A stretch of 64,000 nt of DNA from Octopus bimaculoides (taxonomy: Eukaryota): positions 28,891,751 through 28,955,750 of the forward strand of contig NC_068984.1 of the NCBI RefSeq assembly GCF_001194135.2. The letters are read 5' to 3'. Both the position numbers and the translations under genes were made by a program. The notes beneath the pieces are model-generated. The model saw only the letters and a program-made list of their open reading frames with translations, did no database searches and was not told where the DNA came from. The stretch's first letter is position 1, and the number at the start of each line of letters is the position of its first letter. Of the stretch, positions 10,825-24,414 are shown piece by piece.

Positions 10825-12744
10825 AACAAATATAAAAATAAAAGTAGATTAATTGTGGAAGATTTGTTTGCCTTTATTGAATTTATTTCTATATTTTTCT
10901 CATTTTATTTTTATCCATTATTTTATAATACCTTTCTCTTAAATTTTCTTTTTCTATTTCTTAAAAAAATTTTTTCCCCTGCTACAAGACAACATTTCCT
11001 TTCAATAAACACATTTCAAAAGAAAAAGAAAGAATATTTATAAGAGAGGAAGGAAGGAAAAAAAACAAAAGAACAAGAAAGTAAGGAAGCAAAACAAAAA
11101 AAGAAAAAGAATGATGTAAAAAATAGAGATAAATCTGCAAAATGCAATAGGAAAACATTAAATAAATCTACTATCATAAAATATAAAATATTTTTCAGAT
11201 CTATGTTTCAAATATAATGAAATTATAGAGTATTAAATTCCTTTTCTTTCTAAATAATGATACATTTTCATACGATCCAATTGATTACACTGCCTCCCGT
11301 ATAAACCCGACAAGATATTTATTGTTACTTTCACAAGATTTGCAAGTGTATTATCAATTTCAAAGAAATGCAATTGTCTTCATTATTCCATTTTCACCAA
11401 ACTAGCAATATTAACAATACAAATAAAAAAAGGAAAAGAAAGAAAAACAGAAAATTTGGGTGGAAGAAAATGAAGAATGAAATAACATAAGTGTAAAAAT
11501 AAAATATAAAAAATAAGATAACAAGATTCCTTGAGAGATGATATAAATATTTCATTGAATGACTTGTTTTTTTTACCTTCTTAGTCATCTTCACTTCAGT
11601 TGAAAGAAGATTTTTACCCACCACATGATTATGCAGAATTTAAAGAAGAAAGAAATACAGTAACCAAGAATATTTGTTCATGTTGGAAATAGTTTTCAGA
11701 TATCATTTTGTGTGTCTTTAGTTAAAAAGAAACCAAACACAACTGAAATATAAAGCTACATTAAGATACAAAGAGAAGAATGTATGATTTTTCAAAATAA
11801 AATCAGTATCTGTGTGTGTGTGTGTGAGCATATACATGTGTGCATGACTGTATGTAGGTGTGTGTCAGTTTATTAATAGTGTTGTTGTTTGCAAATGTAT
11901 CTTCTATAACACTGGAAGACTGAATTTTACTGCACTTTACTCACTGATTCCCCTTCCAACCCCAAAGCAATGGGGTTTGGGATGTTTTGAGGGTCCCTAA
12001 TATCTATGTGTGCATCCTGTTACATATGGCTGGAAAATCTGCCCACAAATTTAGTAGTAATCAATATGTCGGTGAAACATTTCAAAATTTTGTAGATTTA
12101 AAAAGACAAGGAAAGAGAAAAGTGAAGGACACTGAACAAATAAATAAAAACAGAAAAGTTATAAATAAAAATAAATAAGAGAAGTGCTAGACATGAGTCA
12201 GTGTCCTAGGGTAAAACGTGATAGATCACAGAAACAATGCTTCCTAGTTCAAGGGAAAAAGGAAGAAAATGTCAAATTGTATTTTTTAGCAAAAGGGAGT
12301 GGATTTTCAAATGCCTTCAAGGAAGCAGATAGGAAATACCGTGACCAATATATAAAATTATGTGCTCCATGTATGAAAGTTTGTGCATGACCCTTTAAAC
12401 TGAGGTGATTTGAGGATCGTTTTCCCCACATGAAAAATTGTTGCAAAAGCAGTAACAATTACAACAGACCCCAGCTGCTTCTAGGGCATCACCATCAAAG
12501 TTCCATAGATAGGGGACAAACCTGCCTCACCTTCAATGCTAGATCCACTGACTGGAGAGAGTACCAAAAAGCTGTTGATTACCCCTTCTCCAGCATAGAT
12601 ACTGTTAGAGACCTTAGGAAAACCAACCTACTGTCATTGTGAAGGAAACAGAGAATAAGGAGGAACAAAAAACACTGAGAGACAGTGAAAAAATAAGGGA
12701 AAACATGAAAAACCCAAGCACAGATTTCAGGCAAGTACAAAACA

Positions 12745-12825
12745 AGAAGAGCTCTGAACCGAACTCGGAATCTTGAGGTTAGTAGCCCGCATTCTTAACC
12801 ACTATGCCATATGCCTGTGGGCAAT
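12745..12825 (-). mobile_element. Isolated tRNA-like SINE head
   Basis: Minus strand ggcatatggcatagtggttaagaatgcgggctactaacctcaagattccgagttcgg: A-box and B-box, no complete cloverleaf or body. Confidence 0.6.
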
Positions 12826-13139
12826 TATGGAGTGAATTTTAGGGCTTATAAATCTAATATTCTCCTATCCTTCCTTAATACCAGTTCCCATATGCTGTTC
12901 ATATCTGCACTCGGTCTGCTTAGGTGGTTGCTGTGTCCTAGCATATGTGCCGCTTCAGGAGAAACCGAACTTAATATACAAGGAAATATATATTGTTAGT
13001 TTTTACTTTTTGTTTTGCATTTGCTTTTTAATGACTTTTCATTTTCTGCCATTAAAAAAAATTAAAATACACATACATATATAGCATATATTAATTAATT
13101 TTTATAAGGAAAGTTTGACAGGGACCCCAGCTTGCTCAC

Positions 13140-13153
13140 TTTCATCAGACACT
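13140..13153 (-). CDS. Candidate 14-nt microexon (E-C-L-M-K), possible PH beta1
   Basis: ttggcttgcttgtgtttatcag|AGTGTCTGATGAAA|gtgagc; ends on a codon boundary compatible with the 7214-7227 exon. Confidence 0.35.
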
Positions 13154-13344
13154 CTGATAAACACAAGCAAGCCAAAACTTCAAAGTCACTGTCAACTTCT
13201 TCCTTGTAAAAGTTAATAAATATACAGCCTAATATAAAGTATTGAGTAATCCTTCAATTTAATGTTAAATTGTTTTTATATATAACTTGACATAAAGACA
13301 AACACATACATACATTTTTATATATACATACATACATATATATT

Positions 13345-14180
13345 GGGAAATGAAAACCATCCCTTTGGACAAAGAGGACAACAATCATCCAGTGATGCTA
13401 CTGGAGTTGTATGCATGTTACACTGGTATTTGAGTATGTGATCTTTCATGAATGAAAAGTCCAGCTTGTGAAACTGTAAAGCAACCAACAAAGTGTGTGG
13501 GTGAGAAAATTTCTGGTTCTTCTACAAAGCAGAAGTTCAAACTCAAGGAGTCTTGGGTATTATTTTATTATTTTGTGGGTATTTTAAAATTTTTCGCAAA
13601 CTGCAGTCTATTCTTTCTTGTTATACACTGCCAATCTCTTCTGTTGCATATGTTTCTAATGAACAGTGCTGATGTTTAAAGAATTAAGGTTGCTTTTTGT
13701 GATATTATGAAATCTCTTTCTGATTCTCCATAAAAATAATCATTTTAGGAGTCTGAAGTTGTCAACACAGATGACTTAACCAGCCCATCAGATATGATGG
13801 AATGAGCTTGCATGCTGAGACAACCTGCCTTTTTCAGCACTTGATGAATCTCTCCAGTATTTTGATGTGCAGATATAGCAGCGACGTGATGATGACAGCA
13901 CTATAGATGCAAAGCTTATAGGACAGTGTTAAATCTCTGTATGATCAGAATAACTTCTTTAAAGTCTCAAATGCAAATAGCGCTATATTAATCCTCAAAT
14001 TCATTGTAGTATTTAAGGATCCAGTCTATTACCACTAAATACATGAAAGAATCCACTACAGCAAATCTGATCCCTTACACAAGTTTGTTTGTTTCCACAT
14101 AGGTCCCTCCTGGAGGAAGTGTAAATATCACCTTGGTCTTCATCAAGTTTATTGTAAGTCCACAAATAGTAGAAACTTTA
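13345..14180 (-). pseudogene. Degraded RTE (BovB-like) LINE, RT C-terminus to 3' end
   Basis: GLTINLMKTKVIFTLPPGGTYVE...VVDSFMYL matches the RTE pattern GLTIS.KKTKVM.QP.PG..Y.EP...VD.F.YLG; degraded continuation to about 13345. Confidence 0.7.
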
Positions 14181-14627
14181 TATGATTTTGTCTCTCGTGT
14201 GTGTGTGTATGCGTGCATGCATGCGCACAAGCATGTACATGTGTGCCTACATTCACCCAGATACAGTTTTTTGAAGATCACAAGAAGGTGAATTTTAGGG
14301 AATTAATATTAAAAGATAGACACAGAAAATTTTTTTTTTAATCTGTATAAATAAGAGAAGTCAAAAGAGTAAGTAAACATGAGTGAAAAAAAGAATGGAG
14401 AATGATGCAGCCAATGTTAAGAACATGTTTACAGTAAGTGGAGAAAAAAACATAGAATAAAGATTTTCTTCAGTAAGGTAGACAGGCAGTCAGATGACTA
14501 TCTTGATTTTCAATAGAACAATGCAAATAACATTTTTTAATTAATTAAATCAAAGTTAGGAACATTTCTTGTTCATCAAGGTCAATCCTGCATGCGGACA
14601 CCAATATGTATTTAGATAAAGACATAC

Positions 14628-14638
14628 CACATAAACAG
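14628..14638 (-). CDS. Candidate 11-nt microexon (S-C-L-C-E)
   Basis: ctaaattacaaatacgtaccattacag|CTGTTTATGTG|gtatgt; phase compatible with the neighbouring candidates. Confidence 0.28.
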
Positions 14639-15674
14639 CTGTAATGGTACGTATTTGTAATTTAGAAAATTAATGCCAGCAGTTAAAAGTAAGTCTTGAT
14701 GTCTGGAAAGTATTGTATCAACAACTAACAAGAAGAAGTCATGAAACAGACATGAAATATATATACATCTCACAATTCCGCTGTGGTGTCACTAGAGGTT
14801 AACATTCACAGAAACAGATAATATGTTGCAGAACAATGTAAAAACAGCTGTATTCCTGCTGCAACAAAATCAATAAATTTGATCTCACCAATTAATCATT
14901 CTTATATAATTAATATTGTCAATGACATCATTAATCTAATTGATATTAATTTCACATTACCAATATTGTAGATGTTATTAGCATTCTTCTTTTAATTAAT
15001 ATTTTCCACAATACTAATGATAATATTAGCTTTGCCAACATTAATGTAATTAGTATTATCAATGTTTCAATCGTAGTGTGTCTACTACATAGCTGAGCCA
15101 TTATGGTCAGTGAGGTGTTTAAATGAAGTTAGGTTCAATTCTTGTGATCTTAAGCAATTTTATTTCCTTTACTTCGGACTGATAGTTTGGGTTGAAGAAT
15201 AGGAAGTCGTTATAATAATGAATCAAATTAACAAACTCAACTGACTGCACTTTGAAACACTCCCAAACTGAAACCAATGATCAGAAAATTTGTTTGATGA
15301 CAAACGTGTTATAACCATTAACTTATAAGTATTTCACTTGTCTGTGTTTTGCAAGTATCATTTTATTAGTAATAATGCAATCTTAATTGACATATCAAGT
15401 ACTATGCTTTAAAGGAATACAGTATATTATAAAATTATTCTGAAGGATTTTATATAGATATACTACTGTTTATCTATACATTAAACTCCCCCACTCTCTC
15501 TTTCTCACACACACATATATACTTTCCTTATCTTAAAGTAAAATACATAGAATATTGAATGAGATAAGTAATAATTGCTTCAGGAGTAGCTGATCAAATT
15601 TTCAAAGATAATTCTAAGGCTAATCTATTAAAGAGCTAAGCAAGAATTTATGATAAGTTGATCTATACACTCAC

Positions 15675-15696
15675 CTCCAAAGCTGGATTACAAAAA
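15675..15696 (-). CDS. Candidate 22-nt microexon (F-V-I-Q-L-W-S in the chained frame; F-C-N-P-A-L-E in the other open frame)
   Basis: tttgctttattgtaattacag|TTTTTGTAATCCAGCTTTGGAG|gtgagt; very good donor and acceptor. Confidence 0.4.
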
Positions 15697-16106
15697 CTGT
15701 AATTACAATAAAGCAAACGTGACCAAATCAAAGACAACGCTGGAGAATACATTGGCTACCCACCCAATTAAAAGACATTTTCTATATTGTTTTTTTCTTT
15801 CCATCTTTGCTGAGTGGATGATTAAACAGAAGCAGAAGAAAACTATACAACTTTGAAGAAACAATATTTTATGGCATTTTTTGTAAATTCTGTCACAGTA
15901 TTTTATATTGTCAGTTATTGTTATATAACTTTACATGCTTATACATATTTATATATGCTTTTTGTACCAATTTATGGTAGACATTCAAATAAATTTTTGA
16001 TCAATCAAACTTTTTGAACCACCTTAACTTATCTGGCTTTCCTCTAGAAACAATGGTTTGTAAGAGATATTTCACCAGAAATAATCTTATAATTATAACT
16101 CTAATA

Positions 16107-16294
16107 CAGTAATCCCTTGACCCAAAACCTCCCACAGAAATAATTAAGATCTAAAAAATATAAATACCTATCAGCTGCAGAAAACCTGTGATATGCTGAG
16201 GAATCCGCAATATAAATTTACATACATTAGTCAGAAAAATCCACGATGTACCAAGTATACAATAGGTGAACCACAATACGGCAAGGGATTACTG
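16107..16294. mobile_element. 188-bp pogo/Tigger-like MITE
   Basis: 13-bp perfect TIR cagtaatcccttg / caagggattactg, TA on both flanks (16105-6, 16295-6). Confidence 0.85.
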
Positions 16295-16344
16295 TAGTTG
16301 GTATTCAAACAGTAAATGCTTTATTTTAGTATTAAGTTCCAGCA

Positions 16345-16545
16345 GCATTAGATAATCATATATAAGTTGGTGGCACACAAAATGCATCCAGGGCACACAG
16401 TAAAGTTGTTGGCATTAGGAAGGGCATCCAGCAATAGAAACCAAAGCTGACATTAGAGCTCAAAAAAGCCTGGGGGCTTGCAGGATCTTGTCAAACTGTC
16501 CAACCTATGTCAACATGGAAAATGGACATTAAGATGATCATGATA
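16345..16545 (+). mobile_element. RTE-type 3' tail fragment
   Basis: gttggcattaggaagggcatccagc...tccaacctatgtcaacatggaaaatggacattaagatgatcatg is the reverse complement of the 51088 terminus. Confidence 0.75.
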
Positions 16546-18553
16546 TATATTAATGAAACATTTTAAAATGATTATCATACATCATTGGCCTTCTGATAAC
16601 CCATTCTCATTCTATTTATTATGATTTTACCTATAATCTTCTCATAGTCAAATTAATTATAGAATGCTCTGTGTTGATATTGTAAGCAAAGCTTTCATAA
16701 CAAACTCTCAAGCATTTTTGAAACAAGTACTACATCTACAAATTCTACGTTTTTACAAAACAAGTCAACACAATAGTTTCACCATTGTTTAAATGTAGAA
16801 GAATAACACTGATTTTCTGGACACTATGTGCATATCTGAATACCATATGTCAATGAAAAAGTAATCAAAAGATTCATATATATTCTGTCATCAGCACTGT
16901 TATATGTCTACATCAAAGACCCTTAGTTTTCAATGGCTCAGTCAACTGAATGCTAACAGTTTCCACATGTGAGGATAATTCATTACTGTGCGCAACAGCA
17001 ATGCTGTGGATTTGACAAGTATTTCATTAACTTTCAGTATTAAGTTAAATTCCTATCATATCAATCCAGAAGCTTCTCAGTAATATTCTAAAAGACGTGA
17101 GATTGTGTATCCTTGGTGTGTGTGTGCAACTATGTACCCCCGAGCATATGTTAAAGAAAATGATAAAGAGAAGAGAAAAGAAAATGTATACACAAAATAA
17201 CTCCAAGCACAATCAGCAAAAGGTGACAATGCATACATAATTTGTCTTAAACTATTATTACTCTAATTCCAATCTGAATCATAGAGGCTTAAATAAATGG
17301 AAAATACCTTTGATTAAGAAAAAAATAACCTAGCCTAGGTTATTAACAAATATTTGTTGAAACTTGATTTATTTTTCTTATTTCTAAGAAGATTTAATTT
17401 TCAATTAAGATTTTCAAGAATGATTCTGTGTTAAGTCATTTGTTACTGATTTTGAGCACTGAGGATTTTGCCAAAGTAGTTTTGCTTTAATTATATTTCA
17501 GTTTATAGAAACCAGTTATTTAGTGTGGTATTTGGCAGTGGAAAGACTAAAGCTTAGTGACATGGTTCTTTATGCAATGAAAGACAGATCATCATTATGG
17601 TGCATGAGGAAAATGTGGAGGGAATGAAAACAAGGATTAGTAATTCTTCTATATCATTATCTTTAAAAAGAAAAGTGGATAATTGATTTGGGGCAACAAA
17701 AACAGTAACTGACTGGAAAAGAGAGAAAGAAAGGATTGGCTAAAGATGGAAATGAACACTGTCATTCTGTGAGACAGGAAAACATTTGGAGGAAAAAAAA
17801 TTTGAATGTGTGTAAGAAGAAGCTGCTGGAAGAAAGTGCAAACTGATGCAATAATTGTTCATTTATGAAGGAACATAAAGTTTATTGATAAAGGAAATAA
17901 TTGGAAGAAAAAAAAAAAAAGAGATGCAGTTACCTTAAGGCAGAAAGTGGGAGAAGAGAAACAACTTGTTGGTACAAAGATGAGAGATAAATTATTAGTT
18001 CCGTTTCAGTTTTTAAGAAATCTCAAACAAATGAACAGGGATTTAAACTGCTAGTGAGAAAGATAGAGTGAATTTATTTAAAGAGAAGGAATGTTGACTA
18101 AGAATCAGAGAAATAAATATAAGATATGGAAAAAGAGATAGAGAGAGAGTAAGACTTAAGAGATATTTAGCAATGCAGAAAAAGAAAACTTGAGAATCAT
18201 GTTAGTGAAGCAAAAGATAATGAAAACATATCAATAAGATGCAGGATGAATTTGTTTTACAAATTATTCAAATTAATGTTTAGTGTATTTGCTATTGTTC
18301 TGATTACATAAATCTCATAAAACTGAAAAACCACAAACCATGAATCAAGATGTTTTACTGAAAAGACTCCACATAGAGCCCACAGACAATATAATCTGAG
18401 TAAATTTGCATTCCATTCCTCACACAATATTATCTTATGTTCTTCATTACAACTTTTAGATCTGTTTTTGTTGCTGTTGATCTTTAAATATACCTGGTAC
18501 ATATTATGTTTGGAAAGCTAACTTCTCTTGTACACACAAGGAAATATACATAT

Positions 18554-19015
18554 AGGTGCAGGAGTGGCTGTGTGGTAGTAGCTTGCTTACCGATCACATG
18601 GTGCCGGGTTCAGTCCAACTGCGTGGCACCTTGGGCAAGTGTCATCTACTATAGCCTCGGGCCGACCAAAGCCTTATGAGTGGATTTGGTAGACAGAAGC
18701 TGAAATAAGCNNNNNNNNNNTATAGCCTCGGGCCGACCAAAGCCTTATGAGTGGATTTGGTAGACAGAAGCTGAAATAAGCCCGTCGTATATATATATGT
18801 GTCTGTGTTTGTCCCCAACCCTAACATCGCTTGACATGTAATGCGGGTGTGTTTACATCCTTGTAACTTAGCAGTTCGGCAAAAAGAGTCCAATAGAATA
18901 AGTACTAAGCTTACAAAGAATCAGTCCTGGATGGATTTGTTCGACTAGAAGGCGGGGCTCCAGCATGGCCGCAGTCAAATGACTGAAACAAGTAAAAGAA
19001 TAAAAGAAAAATGAA
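18554..19015 (+). mobile_element. SINE family A, near full length, with a 10-N gap and an artefactual duplication
   Basis: High similarity to 4823-5222 at head, core and tail. Confidence 0.9.
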
Positions 19016-20681
19016 AGGAATCTGTTTAGAGTACAAACACAATATAGAGAGTTCAGTGTCTATTAGAAATTGATGTGACTATTTAACCCTAAGTCAGGTC
19101 CAATCAAATCAATTTATAATCAAAGACAGTGGTGTAACAAGGGCTCTCATCCAGGAGAAAAAGATAGTTTGATGCCCTTACCTTAATTGATTGACTTGCT
19201 AAATGAGAGGAAATTTTGCACACTTTCATATTGCACTCAGGAGAAGGAGCACCCAACCGCTTCCTCATTTCTCCTCTTGTTACAATTCTGCTAAAGAACT
19301 CTAATATAACCACCCCATCATTTTATATACCAGTAGCTACAATGTCCAGTGCAGGGAGTAATCCAAGAGAGGCTTGGCTGCTTTTCCTAATGAGCCAAAA
19401 GACAGTGGATGCTCCCTCGCTCATATGAGACTCCGTTTATTTATGATTTTTGTATACACAATATGGTTACAAAAAAAAAGCAAAAACTTATAATAAAATG
19501 CCTTATCTACTTCAACTTTATACATTGATTGATACATGCATACATGTGTTAATTGAATATATAACTCAAAGTATATGTTTAATCTTTATTGTAAACAATC
19601 TATACATGTGCTTCATGTGCTTACATAGAATCAATGTATGTATGCACGTATGATAACCTAGCTGTAGTTTTACTCATTGTTGAGTTGAAAAGTAAAACAG
19701 TGGTTGGAAGTATTGAATAGCACTTGACATAATAAACTGGGTAGAATTTCTCTTAATATCTACTATGATAATACTCCTGTGTTTTTCTCCGTCACAACAT
19801 ATGAATGAGAAAGGAAGGAGGAGGTGATGGTAAAGTGATAGTGGGATGATGGAGATATTACGGTGAAAAAAAAAATCAAACAGCATTTCAACTCTGAGTA
19901 TATGTGTGTATATGTAGAAGGGAGGAATGTGTGTGTGTGATGGATGTGGGATGGTGAACATTCAATGCTGAAAAGAAAAAAAATCAAATCAAACAATGTT
20001 TCAACTCCGTGTAAGTATATGTGTGTGTGTATGTGTGCAAGGGAAGAATGTGAATGTTTGTATGTGTGATTATTTTGTACCTTGTTTATATATATAAAAT
20101 ACTACAATTAGCCGTCATTTTTGACAGCACGGGGCTAGCTAGTCAAGTAATATTCATTATATTTCATGGATGAAAAGCGCCTTCTTGACTGTTCCTGAGA
20201 AGAAATCTGGATCTGTGATAGCAGGTTAAAATGTGTTCAAGATTCTATTTAGAATATCAGAACATCATCAACTATTTGTCATTTCTACCATCAAAATGGT
20301 CAGTGCAGGAGAGCAGTACAAGGTGAGCTATGTGAAATCTTTGAGTAATTACTTGGAAATATTTTATATACATACACAAACACATATATGAATGGAGATA
20401 AATATATGCACAAATCTATCTATCTATCTATATATATATATATATATATATATATAGATATGAACACACACAAGTACATAAATAAACCAACACCATATGG
20501 TGAAGTGGGAGTGTACATACAATATATGTATAAGTAAATCTATATAACAATGATTTGATGGTGAACTAAAACACTGAATTTGTAAAAAAATTAAAAATCG
20601 TTACCACAGATATTGGTGACTGAAGCAAGTATATCATATTGATTGTCCTGTGTGAATGTAATTATAATGTGTTTGGTCCTA

Positions 20682-20713
<32 letters not shown>

Positions 20714-21569
20714 TGATCTAGTAAACTCTGACACTTTGATATCCTCTAAACATCAACCGATAAACATATTTTATAGACCTAAGTACGCAATTTTATTTTA
20801 TTTTCTTGTGTTAAAATAGTAATTAATAGAATATAATTAAAAAAGTTGCTAACACACCAGTGCAATAGCTAAAATCTAATCAGTAATAGAAGTCTTTTGG
20901 TAGTGGAAGTGGTGACATGTGTGGGTTGGTGTAAATTAATGTGGTTGTATAGTGGTGAAGGTGAAGATGAAGGTCATTTGCTGTCATGTTTTAATTTAAT
21001 TCTATTTTTCGTTTCCTTGACTATCATTATTGGCTTTATTATACATACTCTGCTTTCTGCTTTACTGAATATGTATATGTGTGCAGTATAATAAACTGTT
21101 TGGTTTCAAGTGTTCAGAGTGATATTCAATCATTAAAAATGCTCTATAATTGTTAACATATGAATCGGAAGAAATCATGTTACCCTGAAAACAAAATCAA
21201 AATGGACTTTTAAAAATTTGTGTTAAAATGTATGCATTTTAGTTTGAGTGAATAGACAAGTAGGAGTGGAGTCATGGAGAGTACATTTATACTAAAGTAA
21301 AATTCAGTATTTCAAAGACATTTTAACATCCACTTTTCTATGCTAGTATGTATCAGACAGAATTTGTTGAGGCAGATTTCCTATCACCTCCCTGTTGCCA
21401 GCCCTCATCATTTTCCAAATAAGATAATGTTTTTCCATTGCCAGGAACACAAGATTGGGAATAAAGGATGAAGTATGATGGTGGCGATAGTTTACAACTA
21501 TCATGCAATGCCAAGACAAAGAGACAGTAATACACACACACACACACACACACAATCACAAATACTTAT

Positions 21570-21742
21570 AAAATGGGCTTCTTTTAGTTTCCATCTATCA
21601 AATCCATGCAAAAACCTTTAGTCAGATCAGGGTTATTTTAGAAGACCTATTGTAGAAGAAACTTGTTCAAAGTTCCACACAGTCATATTGACCCTGAAAC
21701 CATGTTGGTTCAGAAGCAAACTTCTTAACCATACAGCCATGA
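21570..21742 (-). mobile_element. SINE family A, degraded 5' half
   Basis: cttttagtttccatctatcaaatcc...gaaaccatgttggttcagaagcaaacttcttaaccatacagcc. Confidence 0.75.
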
Positions 21743-23399
21743 TGTACCTATGCCACAACTATGCATCTGTGCTTAGTACTGATAGGACAGTGGGCAAACA
21801 TTGCATAATGTCACACCTAACATGGAACCTCTTCTTGCTTTCATATCTGAAGTTCCTTTATCTCCCACATCACATATGTGTGTGCTCTCTGCTCATATAA
21901 GTTGGTAGCATGCATGACAATATCTATAGTACTTAATGTACAACGATTTTTGCTACATATAATATTATACATCTATAGTATGCCAATTCTGTAATTTTTA
22001 ATAGGTAGGCAAGACTAGCCATTGTTTAAGTGATTACTACAATATCCGAAGCAATGTCTTGGGTATCCTCAAACTCATTGCCAGCAGCTTAAATTCACCA
22101 GGGCATGCCATGCCCAACCATCTTTTGAACACAATTTGGGTAGGGAAGTTCAATGACACATTTTCAATCTCAGCTACACTCACATCTCTCTTTTTATATG
22201 AATATTTATCTGGACTTTCTTTGATCCTGCCTATAGTTTACCACCATTATTCTTACTGTTCCTTTTGTACTTATTGTAGCTTCACTTGTGGAGTTATATG
22301 TGCATGTACAGTGGTGTGTATATATATAATTGTTGTTGCATATATTTCTTCACACCCTTACATATGTCACTGTAGTTATATATATATATATGCATTTACT
22401 GTTAGTTTATTTAGGATTGAATTCAACAATACATCACAGATTCCAATGTTAGAGCACTCTTGTCACTTCCTGTACCACCAGCTAGGCATATAAATCTTTC
22501 GTATTTCTCTACACTATGCAGAAGTCCAAGATCCTAAAACATTGGACTTTCTACACCTCACTGCAATCATACTCATTTGGCATTCATTGGACTTTCTCTT
22601 TGATGTATTGTTGTTGATACAGATCTCATCAGATTCCTCAGGTTTTGAAATTTACTCAATTGTATTATGCATTTGAGCATTGCACTGAGAGATTTGTGCT
22701 TCAATCATCCATACGAATCTCTACAGCAATTTATGATAGCTCTCAGTTAATGGTAGGAAAGGAGAGGATCAAAGTAAAACAGAAGAGAGAGAAAAAAATA
22801 AAAATAAACTGAAGAAAATATTAAAAAAAAAACATGCAAAAAGCAGAATTACTGTGATAAAGGGAAATGCATGAAGATATCACCCATGTGCTTACAGTCA
22901 TAGCTTCTGCTTCACACACACACATACATACATACACACACATATATGTACACACACACATGCATATATATACACACATGTCTCACCCTTCTTTTTCCAG
23001 TAATTTTGTAGAAAAGAAAACAAAGCTGGCATCTTTCATCATACACGTATCGGAAAATATTTTAAATGATTTTTACTTAATAATAAAGGATATGATGGAA
23101 ACCTTTGTTGTAAATGTATGTTTAAAAATATGTGGGCCCACACAACATGTATGTGAGCAATGCAACCTATAGAAACTCTACAGTTTGATGCGCCTGCTTT
23201 ATGGTATGTTATATACTTCTCCTCAAGAGATGACAACTCTAAGGATTCCTCTTTAAATGATATCTACTAGTGTTGATTTAGCTAACTACTCATCTTTTCA
23301 CTAGTAAATCTGTGATCTTGCATCATATGCAGTTAAGACCAAAAATTTATAGGAGAGCCATAAAGTGAGCTAAATCAAAACAAGTATGTTATTCATGAT

Positions 23400-24011
23400 T
23401 ACTTTTGCCAAGGTTAACCTCACAAACCAATGTTTTTGGGGTTGTTAAAATAATGTACCAGTCAAGTACGAGAGCCAATGTAATCAACTACTCCCACTTC
23501 CTAAAAGTTCTGGCTTTGTGCCAAAATCTGAAACAATTAATAAAGCCAGCAAGCAGGTAGAATAATTATCATGTTGTACAAAATGCTTAGTGGCGTTTCT
23601 TTCAACTCCTTACCTTCTGAGTTTAAATCCCACAACGGTAGACTTTCAAGGCTGATGAAAAAATGTTCCAGGCAAAGCCCTGGGATTGATGTAATTGACT
23701 GACCCTTTGGCCTTGTGCTCAAACTTGAAGTCATCATCATCATTATTATTATTATTAAGATGGCAAGCTGGCAGAATCGTTAGCACATCAGACTAAATGC
23801 TTAGCAGCATTTCTTCCAACTTCTTACATTCTCAGTTCAAATTCCACCAAGGTCAACTTTGTCATTCATGTTTTCAAGCTTAATACAATAACTATCAGTC
23901 AAGCACTGGGGTCAATGTAATCAACTAGTCTCTTTCCCCAAAATTTCAGGCCTTGTGTCTATAGTAGAAAGAATTGCTGCTGCTGTTGCTGCTACTTCTA
24001 CTACCACCACA

Positions 24012-24046
<35 letters not shown>

Positions 24047-24113
24047 CACTACCACTACCACCACTACTACTACTACTACTAAAAGCAGCCTACAGGCACA
24101 ATTNNNNNNNNNN

Positions 24114-24145
<32 letters not shown>

Positions 24146-24373
24146 CACTACCACTACCACCACCACTACTACTACTACTAAAAGCAGCCTACAGGCACAA
24201 TTGTCAATGCACCTGCCATTTTGTCCAGCTTCACATTCTGAGTTCAGATGTTGCTAAGATTGCTTCTGCCTTTCATCGGTTTGGGGTAGATAAGTACCAT
24301 TTGAGTACCAGGGTTAATGTAATCAATAGCACCCTCCTCATAAAATTGCAGGCTTTGTGCCTATAATAGAAAT

Positions 24374-24375
<2 letters not shown>
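23400..24375 (+). mobile_element. Head-to-tail train of four SINE family B copies separated by (ATT)n/(CTA)n tails
   Basis: Recurrent units ggcaagctggcagaatcgttagc...ttctgagttcaaattcc...aagtacca...gatgtaatcaact...ggccttgtg at about 23400, 23540, 23757 and 24180. Confidence 0.8.
24000..24180. repeat. (CTA)n/(CCA)n microsatellite with gap
   Basis: Direct observation. Confidence 0.95.
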
Positions 24376-24413
<38 letters not shown>

Positions 24414-24414
24414 G

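Noticed and set aside
11980-12700. Cluster of short plus-strand ORFs; also 37590-37900 and 41700-42400
   Set aside because: Composition suggests old transposon debris, but no diagnostic motif could be read.
18651-18780. Exact direct duplications flanking 10-N gaps (also about 24040-24200 and 53600-53750)
   Set aside because: Identical sequence on both sides of a fixed-length gap indicates unmerged contig overlaps, not biology.
20299-20330. Plus-strand ATG...MVSAGEQYK|gtgagc start-exon-like site
   Set aside because: Isolated; no compatible plus-strand exon chain found.
22059-22493. 144-aa plus-strand ORF, and the 87-aa ORF at 9795-10058
   Set aside because: Low-complexity T-rich translation with TTG/GTG starts and no recognisable domain.
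23921-24366. Poly-V/T/L ORFs, and the many IYIY/CVCV/THTH ORFs elsewhere
   Set aside because: Translations of microsatellites.
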